Source of the DNA: an uncultured archaeon
Lineage (GTDB): Archaea; Thermoproteota; Bathyarchaeia; Bathyarchaeales; Bathycorpusculaceae
DNA length: 64,000 nucleotides
Reading direction: 5' to 3'
Assembly: GCA_963782915.1 (NCBI GenBank)
Contig: CAWALK010000015.1
Coordinates: forward strand, 32,001 to 96,000
Part shown: piece by piece, positions 32,499-43,672 of the stretch
Layout of the letters: each line of letters starts with the position of its first letter
Position numbering within the stretch: position 1 is the first letter of the stretch
Position numbers and translations under genes: made by a program
Notes under the pieces: generated by a model
What the model was told of the DNA's origin: nothing
Seen by the model: the letters and a program-made list of their open reading frames with translations, nothing else
The model's database searches: none

Positions 32499-34401
32499 AT
32501 GAGCAACCAAAAACCAAACCAAAAAATCTTAGGAATTGACTTAGGAACAACCAATTCAGCCGCAGCCATCTATGAGGGGGGACATGCAACTGTTATCCCC
32601 AGCGCCGAAGGACCAACAATGGCGGGCAAAATGTTCCCATCCGTAGTAGCCTTCACAAAAGACGGCCAACTCCTGGTCGGTGAATCTGCGAAGCGCCAGG
32701 CCACCACCAACCCAGAGGGCACCGTGTTTGAGATCAAACGCAAGATGGGCAGCGACTACAAAGTTAACATCTACGGCAAAGAATACAGCCCACAGCAAAT
32801 TTCAGCGTTCATACTGCAAAAAATCAAGAAAGACGCCGAAAGCTACCTTGGCGGCACCCTAAACCAAGCCGTAATCACTGTACCAGCTCACTTCAACGAC
32901 AACCAACGTCAAGCCACCAAAGATGCAGGCGAAATCGCAGGGTTCCAAGTGATGCGTATCATCAACGAACCCACGGCAGCCTGCCTCGCATACGGCATCG
33001 ACAAGCTCCAGCAAGAAATGAAAATCTTGGTTTTCAGTTTCGGAGGCGGCACCCACGATGTCACATTAATGGACTTCGGCAAAGGCGTCTTCGAAGTGCT
33101 CTCCACAAGCGGCGATACTCAACTAGGCGGAACAGACGTTGACAAAGCAGTCATGACCTACATACTCGACGAATTCAAACGCCAAACAGGCGTAGACGTA
33201 TCAAACGACCGCATGGCCATGTCACGATTAAAAGATGCAGCAGAAAAAGCCAAAATCGAACTCTCAACACTCATGAACACAGACATCGACCTACCCTTCC
33301 TAACCGCAGACGCCTCAGGACCCAAACACCTACGCCTATCACTCACCAGAACAAAACTTGAATCACTCGCACAACCCATCGTTGAACGCACACAACCCAC
33401 ACTGCTAAAAGCACTTGGAAGACGCAAAACTCACCCCACAACAAGTCGACAAAATCATCCTAATCGGCGGCATGACCCGTATGCCCCTCGTGCAACGCTT
33501 CGTAGAGCAAATCTTGGGCAAGGCACCTGAACGCGGAATCGACCCCATGGAATCCGTCGCAATCGGAGCAGCCATCCAAGCAGCAGTCGTAACAGGCGAA
33601 GTCAAAGACCTACTACTCCTCGACGTAACCCCACTGAGCTTAGGCGTTGAAACAATGGGCGGCGTCATGACCAAAGTCATGGACAAAAACACCACCATAC
33701 CCACCAAACGCAGCCAAGTCTTTAGCACAGCCGCAGACTTCCAAACAGCAGTCACCATACATGTCCTACAAGGCGAACGCGCCATGGCAGCAGACAACGT
33801 CTCACTGGGCGAATTCAACCTCGTAGACCTACCACCAGCACCCAGAGGCATCCCACAAATCGAAGTAACCTTTGACATAGACGCAAACGGCATCCTAAAC
33901 GTCTCAGCTAAAGACCGCGGAACAGGCAAACTATCAAAAATCACCATCACAGCCTCAACCAAACTCAGCAAAGAAGAAAAAGAGCGCTTAATCAAAGACG
34001 CAGAACAATTCCAAGAGCAAGACCGCAAAAAGAAGGAAGAAGCAGAAACCCGCAACACCGCAGACAGCCTCGTCTACACAGCCGAACGCACCAAAACCGA
34101 TTTAGCAGGCAAAATCAGCCCTGAGGAAGTCGCTAAAGTTGACGCAGCAGTAACCGAACTCAAAAACGCCCTGGCAAGCAACGACATGGCAGCAGTGAAA
34201 GCCAAATCCGATGTACTGCAGAAGGTTCTACAGGAAGTCGGAACTAAAGTCTATCAGCAAGCAGCAGCCGAAGCCGCAAAACAGCAACAAGCACAAGGCC
34301 AAGCGGGACCACAGCCAGGCGCAGGACAAGGCCCAGAACCACAACAGGCACCAGGCGCTGGACCTGAAGTCGTCGACTCAGAAGATTACAAAGTAAAGTA
34401 A
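32499..34401 (+). CDS. dnaK: Chaperone DnaK/Hsp70 (frameshift near 33417)
   Basis: [54 protein letters not shown]. Confidence 0.98.
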
Positions 34402-34632
34402 GGGCACAAACACCTTTTTCTTCTGCCCTTTTTTTGGGCAACGTTTTTTTATTTTCTCACAGAATAATATCAAAGTTTCAAGCAATGATTTTGCCTTCTC
34501 CTTTTGCAGTCATTAAAATGCCTGTTTTTTGCCATCATCTATTCTATTGCATTAATCGTTTTGGTTTCACTTGTTATGACTCATAATGGTTATAACATTG
34601 TTGACCATAACAGGTGTTAGGGCTATCTGACT

Positions 34633-36478
34633 ATGGGAAGCGAGAAGATTGCATCTACAGTTGATCCTATACACGTTTTACATGTAGACGACGATCAGTC
34701 CCTACTTGAAGTATCAAAACAGATACTACTATCCATGAACAGTAACTTTGTCGTTGAATCCTCAACATGTGTAGAAGAAGCACTCGCTTTACTCGCAGCC
34801 AACGGCTATGATGTTATTGTATCCGATTATGAGATGCCCCAAAAAAACGGATTAGATTTCCTAAAAATACTAAAACAACAAAAAAGCAGCATACCCTTCA
34901 TTCTATTCACGGGAAAAGGCCGAGAAGAAGTAGCCATACAAGCCCTCAACTTAGGCGCAGACGGCTACTACAACAAACAGGGCTCCCCCGAAACCGTCTA
35001 CGGCGAACTAATCCATGGCATCGAAACCCTCCATGAGAAAAGACGAATCCAACATGCACTTGAAGAAACGGAAAAACGCTACAGCGCCCTCATGGAACAG
35101 GCAACAGATGCTATTTTTATCCATGATTCCAAAGGCAAAATCATCGATGTTAACCAGCGTGTCTGCAAAAGCCTTGGGTACTCCAAAGAAAAAGTTCTTT
35201 CAATGAATATAGGCGATATTGATAATAACGCAACTGAAACCGAAAAAGGGGTTATTTGGGATAAAGTTTTATCGGGTGAAACTTTCACTTTTGAGAGCAC
35301 CAACAAACGCAGGGACGGTAGCGTCGTTCCAGTCGAGGTATCGCTTGGACCCATAAAAATTGGCAAAGACCTCTTAGTCATGGGATTAGTGAGAGATATT
35401 ACCAATCGCAAGAACATTGAGAAGTCACTTAAAGAAAGCCAAAGACGATATCAAGATATTATAGAGAATACTGGCGAATTCATCTGGGAAATGGATTCTC
35501 AGGGTCGTTATACTTATTGTAGTCCTCAAATGGAGGAACTCTGGGGAATAAAACCTGAGCTTATGATTGGAAAAACTCCCTTTGATGTTATGCCTCCTGA
35601 GTATAGAGAGATGGCACTGCAAGGGTTCTTAAGCTTTGGGCAGTCACCTCAACGCTTTTAGGAATTTAGAATCAATCGCTTATGATAATCAAGGACAACC
35701 TATTACTATTGAAATAAACGGTCGCCCCTTTTTTGACGACCAAGGAGCCCTTCTTGGATTCCGCGGCGTTACACGCGATATCACCGAACGCAAGAAAAAC
35801 GAAGAAAAACAAAAACTCAACTGCACAAAAACGCAACAAGCTAACGAAAAATTACAAGTAGTCGGCGGCTTAACACGCCATGACATAACAAACAAACTCT
35901 CAAGCATAAAAATCCAAACATACTTAATTAAAAAGAAATTTGGCGATAACCCCGAATTAGTCAAAGCCATAGAGGGAATAGAATTAGCTGTGGAGCAATC
36001 CAACAAGCTTTTCGAGTTTAGCAGCCTCTATGAACGAATCGGCGTTGAAGAATTAACCCAAATAGATGTTGGGGACTGTTTCGATCAAGCAAAGGCTCTG
36101 ATGCCTGTTTTATCAGTGGAAATCATCAATAATTGCCGAGGGTTAGCTGTTTTGGCGGATTCTTTGCTGCGCCAAGTCTTCTATAACTTGATTGATAACT
36201 CGCTTAAACATGGAAGCAAAGTAACGCGAATTCAATTGGATTATCGGCAAAATGGCTCCGCTCTTTATCTGATTTATACTGATAACGGCGTAGGTGTTAC
36301 CCAAGGGGATAAGGATAAAATTTTCGAAAACGGATTTGGCCCAAACGGAGCCACCAATCATGGGCTTCAGCTAGTCAAGAAAATGATTGAGGCATATGGC
36401 TGGTCAATTAAAGAGGCAGGTACCCCTGGTTTGGGCGCTAGTTTTGAGATTGTAATTCGAAAAAGCCGTAGTAATTAA
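34633..36478 (+). CDS. Receiver-PAS-PAS-histidine kinase hybrid (frameshift near 35655)
   Basis: HVDDD, SDYEMP, FTGKGREE receiver domain; two PAS domains; LTRHDITN, NLIDNSLKHG, DNGVG, HGL kinase boxes. Confidence 0.92.
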
Positions 36479-36598
36479 TTATAGCTGTAGGATTTGTTTG
36501 AGAATTGGATTTTTAGCAACTGTGGCAAAATACTGCCGTCTGAACGTGGCTTGATTTTTTCAAAAAAGAAAGAGAGAGGGGAAAGAATAGGTTAGTTT

Positions 36599-37285
36599 TT
36601 AGACGGTTGTTGGTGGTGGGGGTGGTGACACAGCGGTGGCTGGTGGGGTGGGTTTGAGTTGGAAGAAGGCAATAGCTAACAGTAGCGCTGCTATCCACAT
36701 GAGAATCGCGCCGAGGCCGAATGCGATGATTAAGACTGCACCTATGAGTAAGAGTAAACCTGCAGTGCTGAATAAGCCAATGTTTGATTTGAGTGCGACT
36801 TGTTTTAGCGAACGTCTAATGAAGAATGATGCGATTACGGCGAAAATCCAGACTATGACAAGAATGATGAGAAGTGCTATGATGACACTTGCGATTAGGG
36901 GAATTAGGTCTTGGGGGTTTAGGTTGCTTGTGTCGGGTGTGACTCCTGATAATCCAGAAAGGGACGACCAGTCGCCGTTCCAGCTGGGATAGATGGTTTG
37001 GATGAATGTTTTTATGTTTGACACGTTTGCTATGATTGTAATAACGGCTATGCCTACTGCAAGGATGCCTCCGACTATAGCTGTTATGAAGCCGTAGAGT
37101 GCATTTCTAAAGATGCTTCTGTCACTGTAATAGTTGCTTAAGCCATATAGAGCAACTAACACTAGTATTACTCCTATTATGTCTAAGATGCCAATGTATG
37201 GGACGCTGAGAAATGATGCTATGACGCCGATGAAGATCAGTAGTGCGCCTATGCCGCCTAAGTTTTTGCTTGTTTCGAAGTTCAT
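36599..37285 (-). CDS. DUF996-like membrane protein
   Basis: SKNLGGIGALL, LYGLSNYY, LFSTAGLLLLIGAVL, WIAALLLAIAFF. Confidence 0.8.
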   Translation of the reverse strand: MNFETSKNLGGIGALLIFIGVIASFLSVPYIGILDIIGVILVLVALYGLSNYYSDRSIFRNALYGFITAIVGGILAVGIAVITIIANVSNIKTFIQTIYPSWNGDWSSLSGLSGVTPDTSNLNPQDLIPLIASVIIALLIILVIVWIFAVIASFFIRRSLKQVALKSNIGLFSTAGLLLLIGAVLIIAFGLGAILMWIAALLLAIAFFQLKPTPPATAVSPPPPPTTV

Positions 37286-37412
37286 TTTGTTTTTCCTCTG
37301 AAATTTTGTCAGGATTCTAAAGATAAAAGCTTTTGCATGCCTGTTCATAGCCAAGGCAAAATTCAACATACAAATAAGCGAAAAACAGAAATTAAGGGCA
37401 CCAAAAGAGGGC

Positions 37413-37742
37413 TTAAGTGGAAGTGTTGCCGCCGTCTAGTTGGCCCTGCAGAATGCTGTAGTAAGTCCGCAGATATGTTTGGCCATCTGATGTTATTGTA
37501 TACACTTTGCGTGCGCGTCCGTCTTTTTGTTGTTTTTTGCTTTCGACGAAGCCTTTTTCTTCGAGGCTGTTTAATGTTGGGTAGAGGGCTCCGTGGCGGA
37601 TTTTTATCTGGAAATCTGTTTCTACTTGTTTTTTTATTTTGTAGCCCCATGTTGGTTCTGTTTGGATGATGCGGAGCAGCTGGATGTCGAGTAGGTTTCT
37701 GATTATGTGTTGTACAATTTCTTTTTTGTAGTTTTCTGACAT
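37413..37742 (-). CDS. PadR family transcriptional regulator
   Basis: WGYKIKK, GALYPTLNSLEEKGFV, GRARKVYTITSDG. Confidence 0.93.
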   Translation of the reverse strand: MSENYKKEIVQHIIRNLLDIQLLRIIQTEPTWGYKIKKQVETDFQIKIRHGALYPTLNSLEEKGFVESKKQQKDGRARKVYTITSDGQTYLRTYYSILQGQLDGGNTST

Positions 37743-37864
37743 TTAATCGTCCTTTTTGGGGCTTTGTTGATGTAGTGGTGATGTTGGATTAATTTAGCTT
37801 ATGTTGATTTTGGGGGTGAGGGGTTGGTTGGTTATGTTTTGATATGCTTGGGGTATGTAACAGG

Positions 37865-37937
37865 CTTTATATCGCTCTGTATTGTAGATACATATTCAAG
37901 ATATGTCCGAAGGAGGACATATTGTACATCTGTACAA
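37865..37937. promoter_or_regulatory. TATA-like box and two adjacent palindromes (candidate PadR operators)
   Basis: CTTTATAT at 37865; ATATGTCC-N6-GGACATAT (37901-37922); TTGTACA-TC-TGTACAA (37922-37937). Confidence 0.55.
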
Positions 37938-37964
37938 CACAAATACACAACGAGGAAAAGAAAA

Positions 37965-38366
37965 ATGTTCAAAGCCAGCTCACAAAAAGAGGTCTCAACC
38001 AAACTAATGAAAGGCCTACTAGACATGATCATACTCCAATTCCTCAACGGCGAACCAATGCACGGCTACCAAATCATCACAAAAATCCGCAAAAACTTCG
38101 GCGTCTACTTCGGACCCAGCACCATCTACCCACTCCTAGGCAGCCTAGAAAAGAAAGGCTACGTAAACAGCACCTGGAACATGAAATCCGAACGCCCACG
38201 CAAAATCTACAGCCTAACCCAAGACGGACAAAGCATGCTAAACTTCACAGAAGAATCCCTAAGCCTCATCTGCAGAAAAATAACCATCGTCAACCCAGAA
38301 ACAGAACCAACAGTCGGCATCATCGCCCACAAAAGCACAAGCCACCTCACAATCTCAGTCCCCTAA
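37965..38366 (+). CDS. PadR family transcriptional regulator
   Basis: KGLLDMIIL, MHGYQII, STIYPLLGSLEKKGYV, RPRKIYSLT. Confidence 0.93.
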   Translation: MFKASSQKEVSTKLMKGLLDMIILQFLNGEPMHGYQIITKIRKNFGVYFGPSTIYPLLGSLEKKGYVNSTWNMKSERPRKIYSLTQDGQSMLNFTEESLSLICRKITIVNPETEPTVGIIAHKSTSHLTISVP

Positions 38367-38512
38367 ATACTGGCAAGATTTCTTTGCCGCTTGCCAGAGC
38401 AAACTAATCACCTTACCCCGGTGGACCCAAAACCACCCTTCCAACATAATCCTGTTTTAAATACCCCAACACCCAATCACTATTAACGTAATATAAGAGG
38501 GGTAAATTAGCC

Positions 38513-40213
38513 ATAAAATCAGCAAACAGCCTCGAAAACGACGACATAAACAGCCAGATAGTAGAGTTTTGTAGGCATGTTGCTGGTCAATGCAAAATCG
38601 CTGCCATCGCCCAAGTGGATGATTACTCACAGAAACCCGGCAACGACCGCGTAATCCAAGAGGTTATGCTGGTTATTCATGATTTTCAACCTCGTCTCAT
38701 GAGCTATTTAAAATCGGTTAAAAACAAAACAGTCTTTGTTTTCGCGGTGGATCAATGGGTTTTCGAGCGAGACATCGACCGCGGCTTGTTGGGTGAAGCC
38801 ATCGCGAGTAAACTTATCTTTCCCTACCATGCCCTGCAAGGCGAAGCATACCTGCATGAGCGGGAACTGGAGCTTAAGCAACGCTTAGTCTTGGAGTTGC
38901 TTGAGAACATAGTTGTCAACTTTCCAGAGCTTGCTAACCGCATTCAGATTTTGCCGCAGTATTTCATGTATGAAGTGTTTTCTAATCGCATCAGGGTTTT
39001 TCCGTTGCTCGCCTATGATGTAGCTGACTTAACCAGGGGGTTAATGCAGAATGAACCGCAGGCGCTCGAAGGCTACTTGATGGCGCTCAAACGGTTGGAA
39101 GCACAGGGAAAAATTACCCAACAAAACGGCTACGTCTATGTTACAAAAAAGTTTATCATGCAATGCCAAGACCCCAAACTCCGCATCATCAACCTCGCAA
39201 AAAACGCGCCCCGAACGCTGTTCACCTCAATCTTCGGAACCATCCCCCAACTGATGAGCATCGTTACACAGAACGCCGAAGCGTTCTTGCGAACCCAAAA
39301 AATCAATTGGTTACACCAATCCGACCAAACTAGCCGCTTTGTCGATTCCCAAAAATACGTGTTCTTCCAAACTGGGGAGGGGTTGGTTTCGTTATCCGAC
39401 AAAATCGACATCAAAGGCTACACGCAGCGGATGCTGCTCAAGGATGCAGATGTGGAAGTGGAAGTGGAGCCAATCGGCGGCATGTTAAACGACGTGTACT
39501 TAATCCGTGCCGGGGAGCGTAAAGTGTTGGCTAAGCGGTTTAAGGATTGGTCTGGGTTTAAGTGGTTCCCGTTGACGTTGTGGTCTTTTGGGGCACGTTC
39601 ATTTGCTGTTTCGGGGCAAGCACGGCTCGCCAAAGAATGCGCGATTAGTGAGGTTTTGCATAGTGAAGGCTTCAACGTGCCAAAAATCCTCCATGTCAGC
39701 AACGCCCAACGCATTGTATTTATGGAGTTTATCGAGGGCAAGAGTTTGGCTAAAATAATCAAAGACTACTCCACCACGACGGATGAGTCCGTGGATGCTG
39801 AAGTGTTGGGCACGGTTGGCCGTGTCGGGGAAACCCTCGCAAAAGCCCACGGACACAACGTTGCCCTAGGCGATACCAAACCCGACAACGTCCTAATCCA
39901 AGCCGACGGCACCATATTCCTCATCGACTTCGAACAAGCCCAGCAAGGCGGCGACAAAGCATGGGACATCGCTGTTTTCCTCTATTACTGCGGCCATTAC
40001 CTGCAGCCTTTTGACAGCAACACCAAAGCGGAATCGATTGCCATCGCATTCATCGAGGGGTATCTTCGGGGCGGCGGAAACATCGATGACGTGCGTAAGG
40101 CTGGGTTGCCTAAGTATACGCGGGTGTTTAGTATTTTTACGATGCCGGCGTTTGTAACTGCGATTTCTCATGTCTGCAAAAAAGCCGAAGCCACAAGGTT
40201 AGCGGTTGAGTAA
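38513..40213 (+). CDS. Protein-kinase-like (RIO/Bud32/APH-type) enzyme with large N-terminal domain; start uncertain (frame open from 38492, first GTG at 38615)
   Basis: VLAKRF, VPKIL, FMEFIEG, HNVALGDTKPDNVLI, IDFEQ, WDIA. Confidence 0.8.
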   Translation: MKSANSLENDDINSQIVEFCRHVAGQCKIAAIAQVDDYSQKPGNDRVIQEVMLVIHDFQPRLMSYLKSVKNKTVFVFAVDQWVFERDIDRGLLGEAIASKLIFPYHALQGEAYLHERELELKQRLVLELLENIVVNFPELANRIQILPQYFMYEVFSNRIRVFPLLAYDVADLTRGLMQNEPQALEGYLMALKRLEAQGKITQQNGYVYVTKKFIMQCQDPKLRIINLAKNAPRTLFTSIFGTIPQLMSIVTQNAEAFLRTQKINWLHQSDQTSRFVDSQKYVFFQTGEGLVSLSDKIDIKGYTQRMLLKDADVEVEVEPIGGMLNDVYLIRAGERKVLAKRFKDWSGFKWFPLTLWSFGARSFAVSGQARLAKECAISEVLHSEGFNVPKILHVSNAQRIVFMEFIEGKSLAKIIKDYSTTTDESVDAEVLGTVGRVGETLAKAHGHNVALGDTKPDNVLIQADGTIFLIDFEQAQQGGDKAWDIAVFLYYCGHYLQPFDSNTKAESIAIAFIEGYLRGGGNIDDVRKAGLPKYTRVFSIFTMPAFVTAISHVCKKAEATRLAVE

Positions 40214-40254
40214 AAGTTATTTACCTAAAACCGGCTATAGTATTGTAGAGTTTT

Positions 40255-40537
40255 ATGACTGATTTTTATTACTACAAAGGGCTCTTACAGCGTCAAACTT
40301 TTAACGGAAGCCGAGGGCTACTGGATTGTTGAGGCACTGGAAGATTTTGATGATTACCTGGAAGGCGAACGAGTAAACGTTAAAGCCGGCGAGCAACGCA
40401 TCGTGCAGCCCAGTGAATTGCATAAAAAAAAGGTGCTTTCGCCGCCGATACCGGAGCATGTGTATGAGCGGCAATTGGAAAAGAAAGTTAAGCACATGGT
40501 TGAAGAATACGAACAAAAAACCAGCCCAAACCAGTAA
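40255..40537 (+). CDS. Small hypothetical protein (frameshift near start; absent from ORF track)
   Basis: Manual translation MTDFY..TKGSYSVKLLTEAEGYWIVEALEDFDDYLEGERVNVKAGEQRIVQPSELHKKKVLSPPIPEHVYERQLEKKVKHMVEEYEQKTSPNQ*. Confidence 0.6.
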
Positions 40538-40604
40538 CGCCGACTTGTGGTTGCAGCCTATTAGCCACATACGTTAATGTGCCCTTGAACGGTTTGTTTT
40601 TAAG

Positions 40605-41033
40605 GTGAATTTTTTGTTAGGACAGAAATTATTTGAAGGCAAAGGCAAAGCCGGACCGAGTTTCTTAAAGAAAGTCAGTATGGAAGGAGTTAAGCAGATG
40701 TATGCTTGGACTGCGCAGGTAAAAGGCATGGGCCGAGCAGCAGGCACTGATTGCTTCCTCACTGTTACCGCAAAAGGCAATACGCCGCCAAAAGGGTTAG
40801 GCGTAGCAAAAGACATCGGCATCTTTAGGACCTCAACCGGCGAAATGGGTACAATCAAAGGTTATGACGTGGCTAAAATGATGGGCGCTAAACCGATGAG
40901 TGTGGGGTTGTGGACGTTTATGACTATGTCGGATAAGCTCATGTGGCTGAACGATGTGATTGCGATTGTTACTTTTGAGGGCGTTGATCCGATGTGGCAG
41001 GAATTCAACGTAGCAATCTATGAGTGGGCATAA
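40605..41033 (+). CDS. Hypothetical beta-rich protein
   Basis: Clean ORF; LGQKLFEGKGK...KLMWLNDVIAIV...AIYEW. Confidence 0.7.
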   Translation: MNFLLGQKLFEGKGKAGPSFLKKVSMEGVKQMYAWTAQVKGMGRAAGTDCFLTVTAKGNTPPKGLGVAKDIGIFRTSTGEMGTIKGYDVAKMMGAKPMSVGLWTFMTMSDKLMWLNDVIAIVTFEGVDPMWQEFNVAIYEWA

Positions 41034-41143
41034 ACCACTTTTTCTTTAATCTGCAAGCCATACCTCTTCAATGTTCGTCAGTCAGAGCCTCAACCGTCTA
41101 GTGTAGAATAAAACTTCAAAAGCAAGCGACAGATTAACAAAGT

Positions 41144-41509
41144 GTGCACCATAAAAAAGCAGCTCTCTCCCTTGCTCTAAACGCGTTATGCTTAGCGCTT
41201 TGGGTAGGCATCACCATAGTTTCCCTGTCAATGAACACACCCATAGGCTACGTTATTAGCGCCGTATTTTTTGCGATTTCCTGCTATAGCGTCTACTATT
41301 TCTATCGGATATTGTGGCTCCATAACGGCGGACGTCCCCTCTCAGCGGAGAAAAAACAGAAAAGAGACCAATACCGAAAGCAAATGCGCAATTACCAGCG
41401 ATATAACCTCTACCACCGTTTATACCGCTTTGCTGATGCAACAGAGGATGAATATCAAGCCGAGAAAGCTAAAGAAAGATTAAAGAAGATACGCAGGTAT
41501 ACCATGTGA
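41144..41509 (+). CDS. Hypothetical membrane protein
   Basis: Two N-terminal TM helices and a basic tail. Confidence 0.55.
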   Translation: MHHKKAALSLALNALCLALWVGITIVSLSMNTPIGYVISAVFFAISCYSVYYFYRILWLHNGGRPLSAEKKQKRDQYRKQMRNYQRYNLYHRLYRFADATEDEYQAEKAKERLKKIRRYTM

Positions 41510-41689
41510 TCGTACGCGGTTGCGGTGGCTCAGGCTTTTGCAGTTAGCTCAGGCACCGTATTCCGAGTAGTAAGCCTGTTAGTTAATTGTTTTAGGGGTG
41601 TAACTTTATGTTGGTTTTATTTGGGTTATAATTTCTTGAGAAGGTTTAAATCATTAATTATAATGCTGTTATGACAACAGGTTTTCATA

Positions 41690-43456
41690 ATGGCTTCAGT
41701 CCATCTTTCCTACACCAAAGAGCAACTGCAGGATAAGGTCGATTTCGATATTTCCAAAGTTCTCGACCTCCAAGCATTACAGGAAATGATGGATGAGTTC
41801 TTTAAGGTAACGAAAATAGGGTTTAGCCTAATAGACCTAAACGGAAACGTCTTGGTCGGAACAGGCTGGCAGGATATTTGTGTTGATTTTCACCGCAAAA
41901 ATCCCCAAACCTTGAAGAACTGTTTAGAAAGCGACCTTGAACTAACAAAGGGCGTAAAAGAGGGCGAGTACAGAGTATATAAGTGTAAAAACGGCTTAAT
42001 CGATACCGTCACGCCTCTTTTTATCGGCGGAATGCATGTCGCCAACATATTATCGGGGCAATTCCTCTTTAAAGGAGAAGGCGATGACATCGACAAATTC
42101 GCAGCCCAAGCCGAGAAATACGGTTTTGACAAGGAAGCGTATATTTGTGCATTTAAGACTGTTCCCCGCTGGGATAAGGGTCAAGTAGACGCCCTGCTGG
42201 TTTTCTACACAAAGTTAACTCATATGCTTTCTAAAAAGGGCCAAGCAAACCTGAGGTTATCTCAATTATTAGATGAGAAAGCGAAAGTGAAGAAAGAACT
42301 GGAAATGAGTCAGGCTGATTTAAAGCGTGCACAGGCAGTCGGGAAAATGGGTAATTGGCGGGTTTTAGTTGACGGCGGCTTATTCTGGTCCGATGAGACT
42401 TACCGAATTTTTGGCATTCCTAAAGAAACTAAACTGAGTTATGACATGTTTATTGAAGCGGTGTACCCTGAGGACCGTGAGTATGTTGATTGTGAATGGC
42501 AGGCTGCTCTGCGGGGGAAGCCGTATGATATTGAACATAGAATAGTGGCGAATGGCCGAATTGTTTGGGTCAGGGAGAAGGCAGAACTTGAATTTAAGGA
42601 TGGAAACTTGCTTGGCGGTTTTGGAACTGTACAGGATATAACAAAGCGAAAACAGGTTCAACTTAGGCTTCAAGAAAAGACCGCGGAATTGGAAAGTACC
42701 CAAAAGAAACTTGAAGAAAACGCTGTCTCCATTGAAGCGTACGCACATCAAATGGGGCATCTTGCCGACGAAAGATTAGAGAAACTAAAACAAGCAGAGC
42801 GTTTAGCAGTAATTGGGCAAACCGCAGGCATGGTTGGGCATGATATACGTAATCCCCTGCAGGCTATGATTAGTGACGTTTACTTGCTAAAAGATGAACT
42901 GTCATTGATGCCTCATTGTAAGACAAAAGAAGGCGTCGTTGAAAGTTTGGACAGTATAGAAGCAAATATCGGTTATATCAACAAAATCGTTGCTGACTTG
43001 CAAGATTACGCTCGGCCCCTAAAACCCCAATACGTTGATATCAATTTGTATGAGTTGGTCACAAACCTTTTCCGCAATATTATTTTGCCCACCAATATTG
43101 ACTGCTCAATAGATATCGCCCCCTCCTTTGAGTTAAAGTCCGATGACACGCTTGTAAAAAGAATCTTGACCAACATAATTATCAATGCTATTCAAGCAAT
43201 GCCAAACGGCGGAAAATTAACCATAAAAGGTTGTTTAACCGATGAAGCAGTATTAGTTGTTGTTAAAGACAGTGGGGTGGGAATTCCTGAACATGTTAAA
43301 CCAAAACTGTTTACCCCTATGCTAACAACAAAATCCAAAGGACAAGGTTTAGGTTTAGCTGTAGTCAAACGTTTAGTTGAAGCATTAAACGGCGCTATTA
43401 GCTTTGAAAGCCAAGAGGGTAAAGGAACCGAATTCACCATACAGCTACGCCGCTGA
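41690..43456 (+). CDS. PocR-PAS-histidine kinase
   Basis: PocR (GWQDICVDFHR, YKCKNGL, LSGQF), PAS (FWSDETYRIFG), MVGHDIRNPL, NAIQAM, DSGVGI, GQGLGL. Confidence 0.93.
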   Translation: MASVHLSYTKEQLQDKVDFDISKVLDLQALQEMMDEFFKVTKIGFSLIDLNGNVLVGTGWQDICVDFHRKNPQTLKNCLESDLELTKGVKEGEYRVYKCKNGLIDTVTPLFIGGMHVANILSGQFLFKGEGDDIDKFAAQAEKYGFDKEAYICAFKTVPRWDKGQVDALLVFYTKLTHMLSKKGQANLRLSQLLDEKAKVKKELEMSQADLKRAQAVGKMGNWRVLVDGGLFWSDETYRIFGIPKETKLSYDMFIEAVYPEDREYVDCEWQAALRGKPYDIEHRIVANGRIVWVREKAELEFKDGNLLGGFGTVQDITKRKQVQLRLQEKTAELESTQKKLEENAVSIEAYAHQMGHLADERLEKLKQAERLAVIGQTAGMVGHDIRNPLQAMISDVYLLKDELSLMPHCKTKEGVVESLDSIEANIGYINKIVADLQDYARPLKPQYVDINLYELVTNLFRNIILPTNIDCSIDIAPSFELKSDDTLVKRILTNIIINAIQAMPNGGKLTIKGCLTDEAVLVVVKDSGVGIPEHVKPKLFTPMLTTKSKGQGLGLAVVKRLVEALNGAISFESQEGKGTEFTIQLRR

Positions 43457-43672
43457 TTACTCAGAAGACTGTTCGTATGGTATAATGAGCCAAACCGCAA
43501 ACGGCTACGGTATGGGACGCTGCCGCTAAACAACAGCCCTTTTTCCTTTTTTAATCAAGCGAACTCAAAAAATACCATTTAAATCTAAACCTCAAAATCC
43601 AAATACAGTATCTATTTTTTTTAGCGCCCTTTTAGTTGGTTTTCTACCTAAGGCTGGAAAATGATATTTTGG

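Noticed and set aside
33405-34058. 217-aa antisense ORF within dnaK (and similar antisense ORFs in alaS, activases and asnS)
   Set aside because: Shadow frames caused by the codon bias of the sense genes.
26645-34401. Programmed frameshifting in tiaS, alaS and dnaK
   Set aside because: No consistent slippery motif, and indels are widespread, which fits sequencing error better.
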